A stretch of 37,989 bases of DNA from positions 1-37,989 of the forward strand of contig LWCA01000234.1 of NCBI GenBank assembly GCA_001642005.1. Direction: 5' to 3'. Shown here piece after piece: positions 11,201-22,023 of this stretch (the stretch's first letter is position 1; each line of letters begins with the position of its first letter). A program made the position numbers and the translations under genes. Source of the stretch: Intoshia linei. Taxonomy: Eukaryota > Animalia > Orthonectida. Under the pieces are notes generated by a model. The model was not told the DNA's origin. It was given only the letters and a program-made list of their open reading frames with translations, and did not search any database.

Positions 11201-14200
11201 AATCTACTTCCGTCAATGCTTTAATCAAGTCTAATATACAAAAAATTGAAAAGACAGAATTTGTGAGAAAGAAAAATGATAACGTTGAACCCGAAGTAAT
11301 GGTGACTTGTAGTGTCTGTGACAGGAAATTACATCAAAATTGTGTATTATATTCAGAGTTGATTACGTCTGAACTGTTTGTATGTGATTTTTGCGTAAAG
11401 GAACAATCTCTAACTAAACTAGAAACAAAAGTTTCTTTTAAAAGGTTACAATCTACTAAAATGGGCACATATCTTGAAAATAGATTAAACTCTTTTTTAA
11501 AGAAAAAGGATGAATACGTTGGCGAGATCATAGTTCGAGTCGTTGCAATTACAGACCGTTATGTTGAAGTAAAACCCCGAATGAGGGAAAGGTTTTGTAA
11601 TCAGAAAGGGAAAATGTCTGAAAGATACCCTTATAAATGTAAAGTAATTTTCGTTGCACAAGTTATTGATGGTACGGAAGTGTACCTTTTTGGAATGCAC
11701 GTCCAAGAGTATGGATCTGAATGTCCTGCTCCAAACACTGGAATTGCCTACATTTCTTATTTGGACAGTATAAACTTTTTTAGACCTTGTGAGTTTAGAA
11801 CGCACTTTTACCATGAAATTTTGATTGGCTATATGGATTATGTAAAATCTATTGGATTCATCCAAGTGAGATTCTGGGCTTGTCCTCCTTGTGAAGGAGA
11901 CGATTACATCTTTCATTGTCATCCTGAAGCACAAAAAGTACCAAAACCGAAAAGACTAGTTGAATGGTACAAGAAAATGTTGGATAAAGCTACAATTGAA
12001 CGCGTCGTAATTGAATACACTGATATCATGAAGGAAGCAATCGACAGTAAATTCACCTCAGCTACGAATTTTCCTTATTTTGACGGAGATTATTGGCCAA
12101 ATGTTATGGAAGATTCTATAAAAGAATTAGTTGATGAAGAGGCTAAAATTTTGGCTGAATCAAAAAAAGAAAATACTGATGATTGTGAAGACAGCTCGGA
12201 TTTTGTTGTAGATTCAAATTCCAAGAACAAGTCTAAAAGCAAATCAAAAATTAAACCGAAAAAATCTGGTAAAAAAAGTTACAAAAAGAAAAAACCGAAA
12301 AAAATGGTTGGACATGGAGACGAATTATTAAATAAATTGATTAATATCATGGAAAAGCACAAAGACGTATTCTTTGTAATTTATTTGGTTGATAAAGAAA
12401 GTTTTAAACGAAATTCAAAGGAATTTAAATCGGTAAAGATTATAGACCCTGATCCATTGATAAATTGTGATTTGATGGATGGCAGAGATCCCTTTTTGAG
12501 CATGTGCAGAGAACGGCATTTAGAATTTTCTTCTCTAAGAAGAGCCAAATTTTCTTCCATTATTACAAATTATGAATTAATGGTACAAGGTTCATTTTAT
12601 AACTGCAATCGTTGCAAGACTAATATTGAAACAAGATATCATTGTACAACATGTGATGACTTTGATCTTTGTATAATTTGTTATCGTATTGTTGGACATA
12701 ATCATTACATGACTAAAAAGGGTATTTACATTGATTTCGATTCAAAATCTCAAAAACGCTCAGACTCGAAACTTACGGCTGCTGTTAAGGCAAACAATAA
12801 GGAACAAACATTGAAAAAAGTTTTGGAGTCTTTAAATCATGCTGCTCGATGTAGAGATGCTAATTGTAGAACGACAGGTTGTGGCAGACTTAAACATTCA
12901 ATTCAGCATTTCAATTTATGTGGAGCTGTAGGAAGTAACAGTGATTGTCAGTCTTGCAAGAGATTCGTTTATTTGTGTTGGTACCACGCCAAATATTGCA
13001 AAGATGTTAGATGTGTTGTGCCATTATGTACTAGACTGCAAGTCAAATATCAAGATAAAAGAAACGCTCAGCGTGCACAAGCCGACCATTTGGCCCAAAG
13101 ACGTGCCGCTGAAATGCACAGAGCAATGCAATTGCCGACTAACGTTAATTCGACGCACGAACCAAATACACCTTTACAAAATGAACATAAAAATGAAAAA
13201 ATAGAACCTCCTTCTAAATCTCCCTTTAATGGTTCCGAAAAATCTCAAGAAACCCAACAATTGTCCCAATCTAAATTAAACCCAAATTCTCGTTTTTGGA
13301 GCCAACAGTCTTCTCATCAGAATCCAGTAAATAGTGATTACCCAGTCAATAATTTTCCTCAACCTTCCAGTGTGAGACAACCTAATTCACAATTTGCCAA
13401 CAAGGGTTATTATGGCCGAATGCCATCTCCAAATACTATTGAACCTCGATCTGAAGTTAGTTTAAACATTACCGATAAAGTCAGTCCTGCGAAAGTTAAT
13501 CAATTATTACAAATACTCCAACAATACACTGGTGATTCTAGAAAACAAGTCCTTGCTAGCTTTCTTAAATCGCATCCCGAAATTGTCAATGTTTATCTTC
13601 ATAACGTATGTTTTTTTTGTTTTTATTTTAATTTTTTATACATTGTATTTATTTTTAGGCGGCTGTTGGTTTAACCATGGCGGACAATAACACAATTTAT
13701 ATTTGCAATGCGATTAGCACACTCAATATGAATACGATTCGAACCTCTCAAATGAGAAATCCAAATTCTTTAGTGCATCATAGACTGATGTATGATTTAA
13801 ACCAGCCATCGGAGAATGCACGAGGTCTTCGAATGCCCATTACAGAAAGACCTATAAATAACGAATTTGACCTTGTACAGCACGATATTAAAAATAAACC
13901 TGGCCAGTCTACGCGATATGGTTTATATCACAAGGATGTTTGTCAACCAATGCATACATATCCCATGGAAAACAATATGCACCATCCGGGCTACAGAGAA
14001 TCTGAGAATATATATGATAGAAACTACAGAAGAAACCCTATTTCTACCGATAATGCACGTCTTGGTGCCCCCAAGATTTATCACGATCAAATGCAACTTC
14101 AGAAATATCCTCCATCTAGACTTCGTATGGATAACACAAATCAGCAAAACCAACAATTTCATCCAGACTCCCAAGCCTTCGCCACCAATTCGAATAACTT

Positions 14201-14330
14201 TAATCCTCTGTTAATAAGTTCTGATCATGCACCTTCAAACCTAAACACACCAAAATTTTCTGAAAATGAAGAAATTAAATCAGGTTCTAATCTACAAGAT
14301 AAACTGTCTCGTTATGTAGACAATTTGTAA
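5236..14330 (+). CDS. CREBBP: CREB-binding protein / p300 histone acetyltransferase, 9 exons, ~1965 aa
   Basis: Exons 5236-5398, 7613-8962, 9678-9791, 9829-10123, 10174-10294, 10349-10457, 10495-10562, 10600-13605 and 13659-14330 join in frame through GT-AG introns (5898 nt). Domains: TAZ1 ([10 protein letters not shown]), KIX ([10 protein letters not shown]), bromodomain, RING/PHD, HAT ([28 protein letters not shown]), ZZ, TAZ2, NCBD-like region and C-terminal [11 protein letters not shown]. Exon 1 is the least certain. Confidence 0.97.
6749..6806 (-). mobile_element. Helitron 3' terminus in CBP intron 1
   Basis: ACTAGCTTGACTGTTATGTACTTGGTACA... reads on the minus strand as hairpin TGTAC-CAA-GTACA followed by CTAG|T. 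It is homologous to the 2863, 24938 and 25812 ends. Confidence 0.7.
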
Positions 14331-14578
14331 AAAATCCCACCTTTTATATTCAAGTCTATTTATTTCATATTTTCTGTAAAATTTCTCACATACGAACTAT
14401 ACTTGAGCATCAAAACTATATTCAATTGCCCTATCGAATTAATAAATTTATGTATTTGTTTATTGATTTTTATATAATAAATTTATTGTATTCTCCGTTT
14501 TCAAATTTGTAACATTTGTGTTTAATTTCAGTGTTTATTAGTTACATTTTATTCCAATTTATTTTTAAATTTACCTGT

Positions 14579-15660
14579 ATGAATAATTCGAGACCAAAAT
14601 CTGTTCCAACGGGTGAAACTATCAATATATATTTTAATAATTTTAGGTCGTATAGATCGCTGTGTCATGTGTGCTAATCAAAAGATGTACATGAAAACTA
14701 GTTACAACAGGCATTACCCTGAATGCATCGATTGTAATATAAGAATGGCTGAACGGTTGTTTCATTTGTATCAGTTAAATATTTAGTTAGGCCCAGATCT
14801 AGCGGGTATTTCATTCCAAAGTATTTGTACAAAAAACCAGTTGGTGTCAGTACTTATGTCACCCATTATAACAATAATATTGGAATGGACATAGCCGAGT
14901 ATAAACAACCTGCTCGGCCACATACTGCAAATACGGATCGATATAACAATCCACATCCATTAGAGGTGATTATAAATTTTTCACAATAACAAAGCAAGCT
15001 TCCCAGTCGGTGAGATGAAAAAATATTTATAAATTAATTTATCTTTAAAATTCCAATATTTTTTTAATATGGACCAATAATGTTAAATTAAATTGTTCAC
15101 GGGATAAAAGTATTATGCTATTACTTACATATTAAAAAATTTAAGTACAATTGCAGTTTCATTACAATTTTAGCCATTTATGAATTGGATGGTACCGCGC
15201 AAATTGTGTTTCAATAAAAAAATATACCCAGAAAAAATTGAAACTGAATATACTCTTCCAAGTAAACGCAGAAAAATTCCTTACAACCGTTATATAAAAA
15301 ATTTGGTATCTACTTATCAAGATTCTTTTATAGACATAACCACAAAACCAAATAAATATTATAAATTAATTGACATGCAAGAAAAAGACGTAGAAAAATC
15401 TTTAGATAATTCCTCAAAAAATGGTAGAAACACAAATTCAGCATACAGCAATTACATCAAAACCAACGGAACGATCGGGAGATATGAAGCAGCAAAATTA
15501 CAAAGAAAATTTACACCTGCTGCTGGGATAGGTAAATTCTAAATTCCACAAAATTAAATGTCATTTAGTCCCCAAAAATGCTTGCGCACCTAAAGACATA
15601 CTGTCTCTTCTACGAATTAGATCTACTTATGATACAGATTATAATTACAATAAAATTTGA
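14579..15660 (+). CDS. TEX26-like putative ciliary/axonemal protein, 5 exons, ~255 aa
   Basis: Exons 14579-14612, 14647-14755, 14791-14965, 15174-15531 and 15569-15660 join in frame (768 nt; introns 34, 35, 208 and 37 nt). Repeated STY-x-x-x-Y/F motifs, RYNNPHP..FMNW, AAGIVP and STYDTDY occur in the same order as the matching blocks of TEX26. Confidence 0.7.
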
Positions 15661-15682
15661 TATATACATAAAAAATATTTAT

Positions 15683-17758
15683 TTAAATTGTAATGTCCTT
15701 TTTTTTCTTTGAACTCATTTGAACGGAAATCAAATCAAGTAATTTTCTTCCACGTTTAGTTAATCGACGGCTAAATCATATTACAGGATTGAGACTGTAT
15801 AAAATGTACCCGAGCATCACTTTTCTATTAATCGATTTGGTTTCTTTATCATCTTCATCCTTATCAATAACCTTTGTTACTATTTCTTGTTCTACGTAAT
15901 CAAGCTTTTCGAGAGATTGTAAACAATATCTGGCTACGGCTCCAGATCCTTTGGCAAAATGTGATGGTTTGGAACCACGTCGCTTTCGTCCTAATTAAAA
16001 ATTATACTTAAATAAAATGTGAACTTAATTAGTTTAATAAAGGTTCAAATATACATTACATAAGGATTTTTACATTGTAAAGGTGAATATAATTAAAGAA
16101 TCTATTCTTAACTATTAGAAACAGTTGACAAAATTTAAGTACAAACAAAGACAATTAACGATTCATTAATACTAAATCATTTACTTTTCATAATAATTGA
16201 TTTGCTTTGCCATGTTCATGTTAATACAAAAAAATCAATATATTTTTATTTTAAAGAAAATTATTCATTAATTAAAAAATAAATAAACTAAACACGTAGC
16301 AGCTGATCAGAAAATGGGTAATTATGCAAACGATCTGGGGTATATGGAATTAAATAATTTAGAAAAGTTTTACAAAATATCTAAGTTACGATTGATTTCT
16401 TTCAATCAATTCATTATAATTTAAATCAATTTTTTTGATATGCCAAAGTTTATGATATTTTATTATTATCATAATTTATAATGGAATATTATAAGGATAG
16501 AACCCCTTAGAACAAATCAATAGCTAGTAGTGCTGCGCAATTAACATTTTTGCCTTAATAAAAATTAATGGGTTCACCAATTAAGGGTATCGTCAGCAGA
16601 GTAAACTTGGATGTTAAAGATTTATCAAAAAAATTACCTCCGTACATTTTCTTCACATTACCAACTCCCATTAATTTGTTTCTGAAGTACATCCTTCTTA
16701 ACATTGAAGCTATATCATAATATATTTAAAAACATTAAACATATATTTACAGCATCTAACAATGAACCAATCTGGATCTCTCGGAGATAATTCTTTATAA
16801 CAACCCGTTTTGACAATATCTACCCAGTCAGGCATGACTACTTTTCCACTTCTAAATACAAAGATTATTATAAAATAAGTATTATAAATATAAAAATATA
16901 TTAAACTTTTTGGAATAATTTTTAAAAATAATTAAAAATATCAATAATTTGCCTACACATCATTTAAATTTAGACTAATTGATTCAACTTCAGGTATCGA
17001 AAATCGAAGAAGACTGTGGGAGAACTTCACTAAATCAAACGTACAACATTTCTAACGTTGTGGACAACTTAATTTTTTTTGTTTTGGCCAATACAATAAA
17101 GCACTTATATAAAATATAGATACAAAGAATAAAAAAATTTCATATTCGTCACTTAAATCACGTCACGTTGGCGAACACTGGCTGACGTAGAACAATATAA
17201 ATATTAAATCAATATCTATTCTAGGGCTCGCCAAAGTGGTCCATAGAAAATATTTCAAGTCCGTAAAAAAAATATGAGATTATTGGGGTGGACAAAAATT
17301 TTTAAATGAATATAATATTTTATACATCTACACATTATTATAATTAAACTAATCTAAGAAAATCTTGATGGGCTCCATATTAACCACCCCATAATATTAA
17401 TATAAAGTGATCTTATTTTGCTATATTTTTAATTTAGTTGTAATAATTTTTATTAAAAAACTTTTTTGATTTAATAAAACTTATACATGGCGAAAAAATT
17501 TCACGAGCCCTGGTCCATCTTCAAATCTATAGACAATAAAATAACTTGCCATGAACAATTTAAAGAGTAGTCGTATTCAAACTTAAGCAAATTAGGGTTC
17601 GACGAGGCTTTTGAAATAGCTAGTATACATTTTGTTTGTTCATTATAATATTACTTTTTAAGGTAAGCTGCAACTGCAACAACTAATTTTGCTTGATCGA
17701 CATCTCGTACATTTGTAACTACTGTTCGGTTAACATTGTTTGTATTATTAGACACCAT
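15683..17758 (-). CDS. RPS19: 40S ribosomal protein S19 (eS19), 5 exons, ~181 aa
   Basis: Exons 17758-17655, 16851-16751, 16709-16638, 15990-15810 and 15770-15683 join in frame (546 nt). The protein reads [59 protein letters not shown]. Confidence 0.96.
17222..17512. mobile_element. Probable hAT-type MITE in RPS19 intron 1
   Basis: Inverted ends TAGGGCTCGCCAAA ... TTTCACGAGCCCTG, plus an inner GGGGTGG/CCACCCC pair at ~17285-17390. No clear TSD. Confidence 0.45.
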
Positions 17759-18555
17759 TTTCAATTCACACAACTTTAACGATAATTGGAAATTCAAATT
17801 TAATAAAGTTTAATTTGATATTTTGTAATTTACTTAATATGAATTTTTAATTATAAATGGCGCACAATGTATTATGTATTGTAAATTTTGGATTATCAGT
17901 TTCTGAAAATCACTGAGTTACGTAAAACCTTTCATTTTCTTGATCCTTTGAATTAATTAATATTGAAGGTATTATGATAATATTATTGCTCAACTATCAC
18001 TTTTTATTTTATTTAATGCTTATGGTTAAACTATGTAATCATTACAAATTAGGGGTCTCCACAGTGAACGTATATAAACTCGTAGGGGATACAAATTTTT
18101 GATTTTACCTTTGGAATGTTTTTAATTCGCTTACAAGTTGTCTTATCAACGGCATATCGCAGAATAAGTCGAATCACCAGTTATTAGAGATCTGCAAAAG
18201 GTGCGGGTGGAAAAAATTATTAATAATTTACTTGGTTAAGGGCTAATAAATGTACCGATTTTTCACCATTACTGTCAAAATGACATACATTGTAATGGTT
18301 AATACATATGTATATCGAAAATCGGGAGAGTTTCTGACCATAATGCACGGGTCGTAATTAAATAACAATTAAAGCTGGTACAAACGGTTAATGAAATATA
18401 ATGAAACGATACGTTTCAAGATAGAATTATAAGCATATATAATGTCAGGTTAGGCCTGTTAGGAGTTAACCATAATATAATTTAATATAATATAATAATT
18501 AATATGCAAGTACTATATTCCTATTTTCAAATTGAAAAACTTGTCAATTTAAATA

Positions 18556-19041
18556 CAGTAAACTATGCGTTATAAGAACATTAGTTATAACAGCTTAGTA
18601 ATAAATTTTGATTTTCATAGTACGTACACAGTAAAATTACATTCGTTATAAGCTACAAATAAATTCGTCATTGCAAGTTTTAACTAATGTTAAATTAATT
18701 TTTTTTCCTAAAAATACTACAAGTAAAACCCAACCCTTTGATGCTGGCATTATAAAATGTATTAATGTAAACAGGAATATCGGAAATGCCTAGTCAAACG
18801 TTTATTGATTCAAATGGAAGAAAAGAATATTGAAAATGAAACATTTGATATTAATCATTGCAGTGTCAATCTACACGGAGCAATTCAAACAATATCGCAA
18901 TGTTGGAGTATATTAAAGGAAAATACAATTAAAAACTGTTTTAAAATGACTTAAAATCTAAAAAGTAGAATAATAAATTTGCTAGAATAACATTCGTTGC
19001 AACAACTGTTTTATTTTGTTCTTATAACGCATAGTTTACTG
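18556..19041. mobile_element. pogo/Tigger-type (Tc1/mariner) MITE, 486 bp
   Basis: Perfect 25-bp TIRs CAGTAAACTATGCGTTATAAGAACA, flanked by TA on both sides. Confidence 0.92.
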
Positions 19042-19157
19042 TAGTACGAAAAGAAAAATTCCTTTGTACATTTTATATTCATTCAATTGGGATAAAAAAG
19101 TTCATGGAATATACAATTATATTTATAAGGTATACAATGCTAACAATATAAAATATT

Positions 19158-20039
19158 TCAATCAATTTTCTGCAGTTTGATATTAATATCAGTAATTATT
19201 GGCTTTGGTCTTTTTCCTCCAATTTCTTCGACTGTTTCTAATTACATTGTTAATAATTTTAACAAGATTGTACAAATGATTACCAATTTCAAATTCAGAA
19301 TCATATTTTGATGTTTGAATAACTAAATCATCAGAGTCCGATTCGTAAGCTTGACCTAAAATATGATTCAAAAATATTTCATTTATATAAAATTGTGGTG
19401 ATGGGGTAATGCGTAAAATTAATATATCATTTAGCTTAAATAATTATAATTATTTTATATTTCAAGTTTTCCCTGTGCTTCCTTGTTCCTTGTTATAAAA
19501 AAATTAAGATTTCCTAATTTTTTTTGAATTAAAATTTTTAGAAACCCTTGTAAAAAATATAAAAACCTTCAATATCAGTTCGTTGAGTTGGAACATCAAC
19601 AATAGTTTTTTGAATAATTTCATACATAACTTGGTCAGATTCGCTATTTTCTAAGCTTATTAATTCTGTTTCCCTAAAAATTTAAAAAGTGATAAATTTT
19701 ATTAATTCACAAAAATTACTTGAATTCTTTTAAATTTAAGTTTAGTATATAATCCTGCGAAAAATCGTCACAAATAAGAACACAACCATCTTTTACATCA
19801 AAACTTGACAAAACTTTGTTCATATGATCTAAACGATGTATCAAAAAACTTTACATCCAGATAACAATCCAAATTAAAAAAGATTGTATAAATTTAAAAA
19901 TATACCTTCATTATAATCAGCCGAATCACTAGATATAAGAATGGAACCTAAGATTACGATAAATTTAACAAAGAAAATAAATACCGGTAGATTTAATAAT
20001 AACATCTGGTTCTTTTAATAATAATTCATTTATTAATAT
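19158..20039 (-). CDS. UBA2: SUMO-activating enzyme subunit 2, 3' exons only (UFD domain and tail)
   Basis: Exons 20039-19985, 19947-19906, 19828-19720, 19673-19567, 19355-19284 and 19237-19158 give EPDVIIKSTGSILISSDSADYNEDHMNKVLSSFDVKDGCVLICDDFSQDYILNL. This matches UBA2 PDV..GTILISSEE..KKLSEFGIRNGSRLQADDFLQDYTL. A SIM-like SDDLVI and a basic GKRPK tail follow. The 5' exons are absent. Confidence 0.85.
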
Positions 20040-20185
20040 CTAAAATTTACATAAATACGTTGGTCTCATTTTAAAAGTAAATCTAAGACCAATAAATTTA
20101 ACTCGGTTGCTAAAAGAAGGAAATATTTGTCAAAGATCAAATAGGGTATTTTACATATATGTATAATATACATAAATATGTATAT

Positions 20186-20975
20186 TAGGGTGGTTCAAAA
20201 AAAAAAATTTTAAAAAGTACTTTTGAGTATATTAGGGAAATTGGGTAAAAATGACTTGCACAAATTTTTACAGCATAAAATTAATTATTGCTTCGCCACT
20301 CATCACAACCAAATTTTCGTTTCTTATATATAGTATAAAAATGTGGTGTTGGTTACACGTTATAATTTATTGTTAAAGTTTAACTTAAACAAATAAAATG
20401 GAACTAATTTATTACATTATCAAATTATTTTAATTTTTTAAACAATTTATTATGTGTTAACAGATGTATTATGAAATTTAACAATTATGAAACATTTGTT
20501 CTTTTATTATTTATAAATCATTTTATTTTAATTTTAGTCCAAATTTTAAAATCTATAAAAAATCACATATTCTGTTAAAAAACCTTAAAAAGTCTTTCGA
20601 ATCGATACGACTATTATTTTTAATTTACTTTTGTATAAAAAAAATCTTTGCCTTTGTCACCCATTGGATTATCGTTTTAATTAATAATCGTCAGTCGCTT
20701 TTCATGGCTACCATTGAAATATTAATATTATACAAATTCTATAATATTGATTATTCCCTTGTTCGGTTGGCGATGCAAATTTAATGAAATCGAATTATTT
20801 TTTTTGCCTAATGGATATTTTCATTAATGGATGAACGTTTTAATTAATATTCGTCAATTAATTTTCACGGTTACTATTAAAATATTTATATTATAAAATA
20901 CTATATTATAGATTTCCCCTGCTCGGGTGACAAAAAAAAAATTAATCGAATCGTATCAATTTTTTTGCCAATCAT
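20186..20975 (+). mobile_element. hATm-derived MITE, copy 1 (truncated by the N at 20976)
   Basis: Starts TAGGGTGGTTCAAAAA and is near-identical to 26485-27190, apart from an ~100-nt internal indel. Confidence 0.9.
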
Positions 20976-20976
20976 N

Positions 20977-21240
20977 TTTTAATTATAATTTTTAAATTTT
21001 TTTATTTACATTTGTTCCAATTTTTCATTAGATTAAATAGTCATCTATAAATTTTAAAGCCCGTTCTGCTATTTCGTTTGTATACGCGTATGTAAAGGAA
21101 TGAACTATATAGATTTTTACCCATATTTCTTTATAAAAAATTTGTAGACATTTAATGGACATTTTTTTTGAAATATTTATTTGAAAATTTGAAATTTTTA
21201 TTTTAATCGAAATATTTGAAAAATATTGGTTGATGGTATA
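20977..21240 (-). pseudogene. C-terminal fragment of an hATm transposase
   Basis: The minus strand reads AYTNEIAERALKFIDDYL (catalytic-Glu region) and is similar to positions ~920-1040 of the first element. The right boundary is approximate. Confidence 0.6.
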
Positions 21241-21269
21241 TTAAAAATTATTTTTCACCGGGAATGCGT

Positions 21270-21610
21270 AGATTTCTGGGGTTGAAATTTTGTATTTATA
21301 TCAACTGGAATAAGCTCTACAGAAAAATCTTTTTTGTTAATTTTCGAACTTTTAATTATTTCACATTTTTTGTTTTAATAAAATATTTCAGAAAAAAAAT
21401 ATATGAAAATTAAAATGCTTTTTTGACCGTGAAATCGTCACTTATTCGGATTGAAATTTTTTGGCCCTGAAGATATAATTTTTTTAAATTCAAATTTATG
21501 ATGATGTTTAAAATTTTAAAATCCGTATTAGCGTATATATTTTTTAAATTCTCTAACTCGTTGGATTTTCAAAAAAAAGAACAATTCGGGTTTTTGACTC
21601 GTAAGGTGTC
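21270..21610. repeat. Dispersed repeat, with related copies at ~26040-26225 and ~2940-3320
   Basis: Shared blocks include GGAATRAGCTCTA..AATCTTTTT, TTTTAATAAAATATTTC, TGAAGATATAA and ACAATT.GG.TTTTTGAC. Confidence 0.65.
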
Positions 21611-22023
21611 ATTGTTGTATTATTAAACAACTAATAAACGAAATTTAATAAAATTATTGTGAAACACGTATTACACTTTCCAACATTAAAAAAGGCAACA
21701 TTTGAAAAATCATAAATTATTAACACTAATAATAGGTATAAATTCAACCTTCAAAACTTACACCTTCATAGTCAAAACTACAAATTAACATTCTTTTAAA
21801 AGGAAATTAGTGACAGAATTTAAAAAACACAAATTCGGTGACTAAGATTATATAAGAATATATTCGAGTATTATACCAGAATTACAAGTTCAAATTTGAT
21901 TAATTTTTAATATATAAAATATGTTTGTAGCATATTCAAATATTTATAGCAAACTTTGTAATTCTGTGATTACCATTAATGTAAATTCATTAATACATAA
22001 CGTATAAATATCATTTTTAATAG

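Noticed and set aside
7862-14214. Short alternate-frame and antisense ORFs overlapping CBP
   Set aside because: They are shadows of CBP coding exons with no recognisable motifs.
15991-17654. Intronic snoRNAs in the long RPS19 introns
   Set aside because: No convincing C/D or H/ACA box arrangement seen by eye; an Rfam/snoscan search is needed.
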